NCBI RefSeq assembly: GCF_006345805.1
Contig: NC_043014.1
Location: 29,078,001 to 29,142,000, forward strand
Length of the DNA: 64,000 bases
Direction of reading: 5' to 3'
From: Octopus sinensis
Taxonomy: Eukaryota
Made by a program: the position numbers and the translations under genes. Below are positions 54,530 through 64,000 of this stretch, one piece after another; position 1 is the stretch's first letter, and each line of letters starts with the position of its first letter. The notes under the pieces are model-generated. The model was not told where the DNA came from and made no database searches. It was given only the letters and a program-made list of their open reading frames with translations.

Positions 54530-54752
54530 GCTTCTCTTTCTCTTTTCAATTGTAAAGTAAATTTTGACCGGCACCCGACTTGGTAGCAAGGTTGTAAAGG
54601 AAAGTATCTTGTTTTAACCATCCTCCTTTAAATCTGAAGGAAGTTTTGCTGGTTTTTATAGTTCCAGATATCGTGGTCATTTGTAGCTAATGAATTAAGG
54701 ATTTGCAATCTCTCTCCAAAATTCCGAGTTCAGCCATACTTTGCTCGAGATG
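54530..54752 (-). mobile_element. Short 3' end of second-subfamily R4/Dong-type element
   Basis: TTTGACCGG..CC.ACTT.GTAGCA.GGTT.T.A.GGAAAG and TGAATTAAGGATTT shared with 52895-53045; flanked by (CATA)n-like tracts. Confidence 0.62.
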
Positions 54753-54842
54753 GGTATGCATACATGTATGTATGTATGCATGCATGCATGTATGTATGTA
54801 TGTATGTATGTATGTATGTATGTATGTATGTATGTATGTATG

Positions 54843-54873
<31 letters not shown>

Positions 54874-55720
54874 TCGCTTGTATATTGTAGAGCAGAGCTA
54901 CAAAAGATATTTAGGGCGTGAACCGAATAAGCAGACTTTTCCTTAGACAGGGGTATAGTAAGGCGATTAGGGTATAGTGTACGAGCATTAGATCAGTCAC
55001 TTTTAGGGCGTATGTCTGTAGGTAATAGTATCTCTTTGGATATTGAAGATAGCCAACGTTCACCAGCACAAACTCCTAACACGCGATTCTATATAATATA
55101 TAATATATATAATATATATATATATATAATATATATATATATACGTATATATGTATATATTTATATGTATATATATATATATAATATATATATATATATG
55201 TATGTATACATATATATATACATGCATACATATATAGAAGCATATACACATGTATGCATGTATGTACGTATGTGTGGATACAAACACTACATATATACGT
55301 ACATGCACACAAATACACACGCACAAATACACGCACACTCACACATACACAAACACACATACTCACACGTACATACATATATATATATGTATATGTATTC
55401 ATGCATACATATATATAGAAACATATATACATGTATATACATTTGTACACATGTCCATACAGACATATAAATACATGCATACATGCACACACGCATACAC
55501 ACATACACACACACATACGTACATATACTCATTCTTATAGGTACAATATATATGCGTGTATGTGTGAGTGTAAGTGTGTATGCATGTTCCTGTATTAAAT
55601 ATAGATATATAAAATTACGATTGTAAATCACAATCACAGTTTCACATATAGGCCTCCTCCCAGACGCATTCATATATACATAGCATTACACAGAAACACC
55701 TACATATATATATATATATA

Positions 55721-55771
55721 TATCTGTATTTATATACAGTTATATATTTATATATCTGTATTTAAACACAG

Positions 55772-55809
<38 letters not shown>

Positions 55810-55874
55810 ACAGTTATATATATATATCTGTATTTATATGCAGTTATATATATATCTGTATTTATATACAGTTA
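55721..55874. repeat. Minisatellite of ~28-bp units with internal CTGTAT/ATACAG stem
   Basis: TATATATCTGTATTTATATACAGT repeated ~4-5 times. Confidence 0.75.
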
Positions 55875-56631
55875 TGACGTTAATAACTATTTCAGGGCAA
55901 GCGACGTTTATTTTCGTAAAACCAGACGTGCGTTATGTACGTTTTTAAAGATATGTATTATTGCGTGCGTTGGACTGAGATAGCTTTTGCGCGCGTGTGT
56001 ATGAATTCACGTCTGTGTCTATGAGTGTGTGTTTGAGTGTGTATGTGTGTGTGTTTGTCTCTGTGTGTGTGTGTGTGTGTGTGTTCATCGTTGTGCATGT
56101 GTGAATGAGTGAGTGTGTGTCGGTATATAATTTTTTTCTTTCTGTATGTCTGTACATTACTCTTTGCAGAAGTATAAATTTAAAGTCTTTAGTTATTATG
56201 GCGGCAACAATACAGAAATGACTAGGCATTATTCAGATGATGATGCAGTTATTGTTGATGGCGGACGTGATGATCGCGGTGGTGCTGGATGGCGATAATA
56301 TTTCAGGGCTGGTGTTGTTAATGTTATTAGTAACGTTTATTTGGTGTTTTCGCAATCGTGGTAAAAGCGGCGGGAAATAGTTGCGCCGTTAGTAAAAGGA
56401 TGTCAGAAGGATACGAAAAAAAAATACATAAAATGCAAAATAAAAATCAAATATACATATAAATAAAAAGAAAACAAAGAGAAATGTTAATTACGAAGAA
56501 AGCAGAATCTGATAACGCACAATGATCAGATAATTTACCACATCACCTGATGTTATGCATACAATCGTACATACGTACATATACAACTATTACAAAACAT
56601 GTATGTATGCATGTATATATACATACGTACA

Positions 56632-56667
<36 letters not shown>

Positions 56668-56681
56668 TATAATATATATAT

Positions 56682-56715
<34 letters not shown>

Positions 56716-56757
56716 ATTTATATTACGTATGTATGTATATATGGTATATATGCATTC

Positions 56758-56795
<38 letters not shown>

Positions 56796-56856
56796 TGCAT
56801 ATTTATGTTATGTACGTATGCTATGCATTTATATTTATGCATAGACATATGAGTGT

Positions 56857-56956
56857 NNNNNNNNNNNNNNNNNNNNNNNNNNNNNNNNNNNNNNNNNNNN
56901 NNNNNNNNNNNNNNNNNNNNNNNNNNNNNNNNNNNNNNNNNNNNNNNNNNNNNNNN
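56857..56956. other. Assembly gap (100 N)
   Basis: Run of exactly 100 N, typical of a scaffolding join of unknown size. Confidence 0.97.
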
Positions 56957-57581
56957 TCACCACACATTTGTATTCAGATCGGCACGTCACATTCACTACA
57001 TCTGATCCCAGATTTGTTCAGTTCGTCCCGACACACCGTTACAACCGTCACCCATCACAATTTTGTCATTCAGTAGTTTGTCATCAATTATACTTCTACA
57101 CAGGCAATTAATGGAACAGTTTTTGAAACTGAAACTTTCATTTGAATGGAACATAAAGCTTTGATACAATTTAAAATACGAAATATCTTCGTCGGAAGAG
57201 CAAAATTACTTTAAGTATCATCATAATAAAATATAGAGGATAATGACGAAATCCTCTTACATCAAAACCACCATTTAATTTAATGCTCATTTTGGAGGGA
57301 AATTAAACTAAACACTGAGAAAACGCATTCAGTTAGTTTAGCTCGAACTGCCATTTTTCTAACGCAATATATTCGCAAAGGCATTCAAGGCACATTCGAC
57401 CAAGACTGTTGTTGAGAAGGACTTCATTAGCTGCTGAGCCTGCCTAGCATATTACCATAAGCATATTTTTCAAACTTCAATAATAGAATAGAGCAAAATA
57501 AGATTAAATCTGAAGCATCACTTTTTGTGTTTTTGTTGTTATTTTTATATTTTGTTTTGTTTTTTTGTGATCACGTTTATA

Positions 57582-58070
57582 GTTGTGTGGTAAAAGGTTT
57601 GCTTCCCAACCATATGGCTGCAGGTTCACTCTCACTGCGTGGTACCTTGGGCAGGTGTCTTCTGCTATAGCCTCGGGCCGACTGAAGCTTTGTGAGTATA
57701 TTTGGTAGATGGAAACTGAAATAAGCTCCTCACATATATATACATGTATGTATTTATGTATGCATGTATGTATGTATGTATGTATGTATGTATGCATGTA
57801 TGCATGTATGTATGTATGTATGTATGTATATATGCATGCATACATGTATGTAGGTACATATACGTGTGTCCTTCTATCTGTGCTTCTCTCCCACAACATG
57901 TGGCGTTGGTGTGTTTACGTCCCCATGATATAGCGGTTCGGCAAAAGTGGACCGTACAATAATTACCAGGCTTAAAAGGAAAATAAGTACTGGGATCGAT
58001 TCCTTCGACTAAAATTCGTCAAGGCCGTGCCTCTGCGTGGCCGCAGTATAATGGCTGAAACAACAAAAAA
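57582..58070 (+). mobile_element. SINE A, older copy with internal (TATG)n expansion
   Basis: CACTGCGTGGTACCTTGGGCAGGTGTCTTCTGCTATAGCCTCGGGCCGAC..GCGGTTCGGCAAAA..GGCCGCAGT. Confidence 0.78.
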
Positions 58071-58209
58071 TATATATATAGTGCACAAGGTATACTTTTT
58101 GTCAACTTGGAGATCATACTTTGACAAAGTTCCACCCCATTTACCCCATTGTTAAAATACATTCCTTGGAAGCAAAATACATCTCATTTGCGATGCGTGA
58201 GAATAAGTA

Positions 58210-59097
58210 CAGGGTGCGGTGAATAAACAGTTGTATAAATTATGCAAAAATTAAAATAACACTAACATCTCGTTTTAACAGATATATTTACCAAAATTGC
58301 ATAAAAATATCTTGAAATACTAAAGATTAAACTTATTCAATAAAATCTCCATTGACTTCAACCACGGTCTTCAGATGACTTCGGAATCTCCTATAACTCC
58401 TCTGAACGGTTTCCTTGTTTAAGTTGGAGAATGCTGCCATAATCCTTGCTTTCAGTTCATCTTTGGTGTTACAAGGCGTTTTGTTTGTCCCTCGCTCAAC
58501 TGTGCTCCACACAGAATAATCAAGAGGGTTGCAGTGTGTGAAGTTAGGTGGCTAGATGCTAGAGATAATGTGGTTGCAGAAATTTTCTGACAGCCATGAC
58601 TGGGAGATCCTGCTTGTGTGGCATAGTGCAGAGTCCTGTTGCTAGACATAGGATCTTCCAACAGCCACCCTCTTCACCCAGGGCAGCACAACTTCCTCCA
58701 GACACTTGATGTAGGCCTCCCTGTTGAGTGTGATACGAATGGGAAGATGAATGGAGGCATAACATCGCCGTCACTAGTGATCATTCCAAACACCATGATG
58801 TTGACTGGATGTTGGATTTTTATCACTCTCGGTACATGTCTTCAGATTGCACTGTCCTCAGACTGACACCCAAAGAATCTGAGATGTTCGTATTAGAGCT
58901 TCCGGCGCGAATGCCAAGCAGTAAGAATGTCGTTTCCAAATTTCTGGCAGAGTGAATTGCGTCATGGTGCTGTTTTTGTCACAGACGGTTCCCAACTGAC
59001 CCTACTATACTGTGTAATCGACAAAATCAAAAACAAACAATGAGCATGCGCGAAATAAAAAATTATAAAACGGCTACAATTTACCCATCACACCCTG
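58210..59097 (-). mobile_element. Internally deleted DD37D (maT-type) transposon
   Basis: TIR-like ends CAGGGTGCGGTGAATAAA / TTTACCCATCACACCCTG; minus-strand QQDSALCHT..PPNFTHCNPLDYSVW with 37 residues between the Asp residues; ATG at 58965, stop at 58333-58335. Confidence 0.88.
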
Positions 59098-59192
59098 AAT
59101 GTTTTATTCACAGCAAATCTTACACAAGTGAAGGACCATGTAAATAACGAAATGAGTTCACAACCCCTTATTTCTTTCAATAATAGTTAGAT

Positions 59193-59229
<37 letters not shown>

Positions 59230-59310
59230 AAGAGAGACAGACAGACAGACAGACAGAAAGAGAGACATACAGACAGACAGAGAGAGTACATACATACAAA
59301 CACACATATA

Positions 59311-59515
59311 TGAGGGTGCTGAAAAGTTCCTGTAAGGGTATCACTAAAGTACTACTTGGAGGCCCAAATTTCCGAGTTCATTTACAAGGCTTACAAAAAT
59401 TTAAAGACCGCTGCAATGAGCGTGTAATTCTGAGAGGGAAATATTGTTGAATAAAATCATAATTATCTGATGTATTTTCTTTTACCCAAGCGAGGAATTT
59501 TTCAGCACCACATCG
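59311..59515 (+). mobile_element. Mariner-derived MITE, copy 2 (homolog of 45095-45312)
   Basis: TA|TGAGGGTGCTGAAAAGTTCC..TTTTCAGCACCACATCG|TA; shared TTGGAGG.CCAAA.TTCCGAGTTC core. Confidence 0.85.
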
Positions 59516-59713
59516 TATATACGTCCATACATATACATATATGTTTAAATATACGTTATTATCTCTGTATATACATATATGTATTTATACATACACACAC
59601 ACACACACATATATACATACAAATTTAACATACACATACGCACACATGCATATATATATATTCATATATATATAATATATATATTATATAATATATATAT
59701 ATATTATATATAT

Positions 59714-59747
<34 letters not shown>

Positions 59748-59972
59748 ATATATATATAATATATATAATACATATACATATATATATGTACATGCATATA
59801 TGTGTGTATGTATATATATATATATTATTGCAAATAAGAAAATGGAAGAGAACAATAGTTGGTTCATCAACTTTTGGACATTGAATATACATACATACAT
59901 ACATACATACATACATACATACATGTGGCGAAGCAAATTTTTTGCTGAACCCTAATTATAATTATACTCATA

Positions 59973-60032
<60 letters not shown>

Positions 60033-60068
60033 AATATATATATATATATAATATATATATATATATAT

Positions 60069-60116
<48 letters not shown>

Positions 60117-60173
60117 TATATATTATATAATATATAATATATATATATACAAGAGTTATAGAATGGAGTAGGT

Positions 60174-60276
60174 AAGATTCAGACTACATATGTTTCATAA
60201 CGAGAAGAACCTCAGAAGTGGTAAAAATCCAAGGAAGGTGTATACCGCCGGCTACTCTTCAGGCCAAGGATATTTT
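60174..60276 (-). ncRNA. Hammerhead-like motif with long loop II (left arm)
   Basis: GGC-CUGAAGA-GUAGC[~48 nt]GUUAU-GAAA-CAUAUG-UA-GUC; palindromic helix III ACAUAUGU; GUA cleavage triplet. Confidence 0.62.
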
Positions 60277-60331
60277 GATTAAATGCGTCAAGATGTACCT
60301 CCTTGAGACAATGTAACCCTTAATTTACTCA

Positions 60332-60435
60332 AGATAGCCTTGGCCTGAAGAACAGCCGGCGGTATACACCTCGTTTTGGATTCTTACCACTTCTGAGGTT
60401 CAGTTCGTTATGAAATATATGTAGCCCGGATATTT
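60332..60435 (+). ncRNA. Hammerhead-like motif with long loop II (right arm)
   Basis: AGAUAGCC-UU-GGC-CUGAAGA-ACAGC[~50 nt]GUUAU-GAAA-UAUAUG-UA-GCC-C-GGAUAUUU; extended helix I. Confidence 0.6.
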
Positions 60436-60674
60436 CCTATTCAGGTCCGTAACTCTTGTGTTCTTATTCGCACACCCGGCAACCCTGATCGCCTACCGTG
60501 AAATATAAAAAGAATTTTTTTTCAGCTTATCGTACTTCGATACAAAAAAAAAATCCGCAACCTTCCGTCTCAATAAACCTCTATTGACCCTGGAAGTTAT
60601 TTTTAATATTTACTACGGATTGCTTGAAGCTAACTTTCCTCCTACTCCTCGATCCCTAGATCTTACATTTATGT

Positions 60675-60708
<34 letters not shown>

Positions 60709-61474
60709 AGTTTTTATATACTAGCATAAAGTATGTTCATTATGTTCATAACTAACCAACTACAACAAATATGACCAAAAAGTACAGAAATTTGGCACTC
60801 AAAAACTTAGAGGAAATATTAATAACGTCAAATCAGGAAATGAAAACATTAAGGGAAAACGCCTTTACCAGAAAAAGTTGACTTCCACGAACCAGTAGTA
60901 ATTGCATGTGGTTGTAACTTATATACTGTTTTTACCATTAATTTCGTCAAAGAACGAAGATCCGTGTCTATGAACCTTTACAGGGCCTGCGAGATTAGAG
61001 AAAGAGGAAGTTATCCTCAAACTGGAGCGCCTTCTGCCACGGATTGAGCCTATCCCTAAAGAACAGGAACTGTCCAACCGTTAAACTTTCACACAGCAGT
61101 GTATGTCTACCAAATTCTATTCAAGTGGCTTTAGTCAACGTGTGGTTATTGCTAAATAGACAAGCCCAAAGTTTCACAGGGCTGCAGTGGTAATGTAAAG
61201 TTCTTACATGGACAATTAAAAAAGAAAAGAAAAGAAACGGGGCTAAAATTATTTGAATTAAAAATCTGGAATAAGAAATAGAATTCAATAATAATTTATC
61301 GGGAAGGAATATACCCATTTTTTTTTTATATAGGCATAAAGGTGGTAACGTTCTACTGCTCGAGTGTTCATCTAAATGATTTTTGGCTTGACAAAGAACG
61401 GACAATTCCTCTAACCAAGAATTAAAACATTGAGTTGGCAGAGAACTGTTGGCTTGTTACTTGCCTCAGTATCA

Positions 61475-61645
61475 ACCTTTTTCTCTTTTACTGTTTTTTC
61501 TTTCAGTCATCGGACTTTGTATGATTAGTTGAACAAAGTGACCCCGATACTGTTTTTAAGTTTAGTACTTACTGTATCTCTCTCATATGTCTAAAGGCAA
61601 AGTTACGGGGAGGTAAACGGTGCGAGGGGAGACAAACACAACGAC
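61475..61645 (-). mobile_element. SINE A 3' half, highly diverged
   Basis: TTTCAGTCAT..GACCCC..AGTACTTA..AAGTTACGGGGA.GTAAAC..GACAAACAC. Confidence 0.5.
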
Positions 61646-61727
61646 ACAGGAACATGCAAGCAAGGGTGTATGCATTGTATGTTTGCATGCATGCAGGGAT
61701 GTCCTGTAAATGATGTATTTTCTATGC

Positions 61728-61795
<68 letters not shown>

Positions 61796-61988
61796 ATATA
61801 TAAGTATATATGTATATATATATATATAATTATATCTATATATATATGTATATATGTATATATATGTATATATATGTATGTATATATATGTATAAATGTC
61901 TGTATATATATATATGTGTATTATATATGTATATGTATGTATGTTATGTATATATATGTATGTATATGTATATATGTATAATTATACA

Positions 61989-62045
<57 letters not shown>

Positions 62046-62195
62046 ATATATATTATATATAGCATATATATATACATATGTAATGCATATATATATAGTG
62101 TGTGTGTGTGTATGTGTGTGCCTTGTGTATGTGTGTGTGTGTTGATGCAAACGGGAAAAATAGAACTCAAAAATGAGTATATGTACATTTTTAGT

Positions 62196-62337
62196 AATAT
62201 TTAGCAGAAGCAACAGAGTGACAAGAGGACCGAGAGTTGCGTGCGTTGGCACTTATCAAGTCCCAAAACATGAAGCTCAAGTGCCAACGCACGAAACTCT
62301 CGTTCCTTTTGTCACTCTGTTGCTTCTGCTAAATATT
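62196..62337. repeat. Near-perfect hairpin, 59-bp arms (56/59), 24-nt loop
   Basis: 62196-62254 versus the reverse complement of 62279-62337. Confidence 0.93.
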
Positions 62338-62411
62338 AATATCAATGAATATGTGTGTGCGTGTCTATATATATATATATATACATAGGCGTATGCATAC
62401 ACACACACACT

Positions 62412-62509
<98 letters not shown>

Positions 62510-62517
62510 CATATATC

Positions 62518-62677
62518 CGACAGGTTTTCACTCAGTTTTACCGTCTAAGTACCGTCTAAGTACCGTCGGCCTGACGCTATTAGTAGAACAGACAGGTCCA
62601 AGGTGCCATGCAGTGGATTTGACCCGAATCCAAGTGGTTGCCAAGAAATCTTATTAATATCATAACCATGCCTGCAC
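62518..62677 (-). mobile_element. SINE A 5' half, highly diverged
   Basis: CAGTTTTACCGTCTA..CCAAGGTGCCATGCAGTGGA..TGGTTG; 11-bp tandem duplication TACCGTCTAAG. Confidence 0.5.
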
Positions 62678-63059
62678 GTAAGCTACTACGTTCGTGTATG
62701 AATATACTGTACACAGGTTGTTGATATAATTCTTTCCAGTTTTATTGTGAGTTCAACAAGGTAGTAATTTAGCAATAATAGTTACTGCCCCGCTTATTGC
62801 CCTTAAAGTTCTTGCAAGTACCTGGTAATTAATAATCCTTAATATTGTCACTGGAAGCATAACAAATGCTTCCATTATTAGGAATATTTCAAAGGGAATA
62901 TTCTGAGGAAATTGTTGGTGCTTCTGCTTATTTTGTCCCAAGAACTGCTGTCATTTCTTTTACAAAACTGTAGTGGTTCCTAAGTTGCAGAAAAACACCA
63001 AAATACAAGAATATATCCCATGTCACTGAAAATATCTGAAATTCTGATAACAGCTGGTC

Positions 63060-63521
63060 CAGTGATTCCCAACGAGGGGCATACGTCCCATGGTGGTGGC
63101 TGGGAAAATCGTGGTGTGACATGGGATCCCAAAGTTTTTGGGTTTTTTTTTAGTTTTAGTTTTATTTGGTTGAGTGTGGTTTTAGTACTGTTGACGATTT
63201 GCTTCTGGCCAAGAGAAATGGTGATTTATAGCTAAAGCTAATAAAATTGTCTCCTCGAATTAAAGAAATCTGCCATAGTCACCAGGCACAAGGTTTACAT
63301 TAAAGTGATTCACAGTTTTTTTGTTTTTATTTCTTAGTTAATAACGTACTTTTTTTCTTGTACTCAGTACTTGATAAAAGAGTTACCGGCAGATTCGTTT
63401 ATATTAAATAATTGTGATGAAATATCAAAAATAAAGTTGTTTTTTCCCAACCACTAGAGGGGCTTACATTTTTCCGAAAAGTTATAGTGGGTACTGGGGG
63501 AAAGATAACTGGGAAACATTG
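63060..63521 (+). mobile_element. hAT-type non-autonomous element
   Basis: CAGTGATTCCCAAC / AACTGGGAAACATTG termini; 8-bp flanks AGCTGGTC / AACTGGAC (6/8); homolog at 21954-22257. Confidence 0.72.
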
Positions 63522-63744
63522 AACTGGACCTAGTAAAATTTTCAGCTGGCATAGAAATGAAATTTGGTAGAAATAAACGTTCGTATTTGCTATTTGGACG
63601 CGGTTAAGTGCTTCTCACATCAAAATCATTTACGTCGTCATCTCTGGATTTCTACAAATACTCAGATTTTGTATCATATACATTTCATTTTTGGATTCGG
63701 TTTGCAAGATTCTTTTTGTGAGTTCGTGTGTTGAACCATATTTT

Positions 63745-63967
63745 GTTGTGTCTGGGGAGAGTCACTTTCCTTTTGTGCCTTATAATTTAACACATTCACC
63801 GGTAAAATTTCTTATTTTTATTTCTTAAAACTTATTTCTTATCTTTATCTTCCTAAAATTTTCGTTGCGTCTTGCAACCTTAATAGTCTTGAAATAAGTG
63901 GAAATTTTACCGGTGAGTGTTTTAAATTATAAGGCACAAAAAGAAAATGACTCTCCCCAGACACAAC
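63745..63967. repeat. Inverted repeat, 67-bp arms (63/67), 89-bp spacer
   Basis: 63745-63811 versus the reverse complement of 63901-63967. Confidence 0.93.
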
Positions 63968-64000
63968 AGAGTATCATATACAGACAGTGTGGAAAACAAG

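Larger units (their letters stand above)
60150..60458. repeat. ~310-bp inverted repeat (arms ~135 bp, 38-bp spacer)
   Basis: 60150-60284 is the reverse complement of 60323-60458 at roughly 80% identity (by eye). Confidence 0.92.

Noticed and set aside
60981-61084. Candidate exon PARLEKEEVILKLERLLPRIEPIPKEQELSNR*
   Set aside because: Weak polypyrimidine tract, short, no recognisable family

Overview
Repeat-saturated, AT-rich eukaryotic DNA. The repeat families and extreme microsatellite load suggest a cephalopod (Octopus-like) genome; this is inferred from recognition, not from a search. No host protein-coding gene can be supported. Almost all ORF-track entries are translations of (TA)n, (CA)n, (TACA)n or trinucleotide repeats. 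Real coding remnants all come from mobile elements: a deleted mariner (40.7-41.3 kb), a Tc1-like transposase with apparent DD36E spacing (43.0-44.2 kb), a DD37D/maT element (58.2-59.1 kb), four R4/Dong-type non-LTR fragments embedded in (CATA)n (51.4-54.8 kb), an RTE 3' fragment, and a Penelope-like RT fragment. The window also holds about 20 copies of a tRNA-headed SINE with an internal microsatellite (family A), a second SINE (B) with a tandemly repeated ~184-bp unit, two further SINEs (C, D), MITEs, a probable non-autonomous Helitron, two near-identical tandem duplications and a 100-N gap. The most interesting signal is hammerhead-ribozyme-like motifs of the Penelope minimal type (palindromic helix III) arranged as head-to-head inverted pairs in two unrelated families (25.7-26.9 kb and 60.15-60.46 kb). 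A third inverted repeat of similar design lies at 63.7-64.0 kb. Family names A-H are my own labels.
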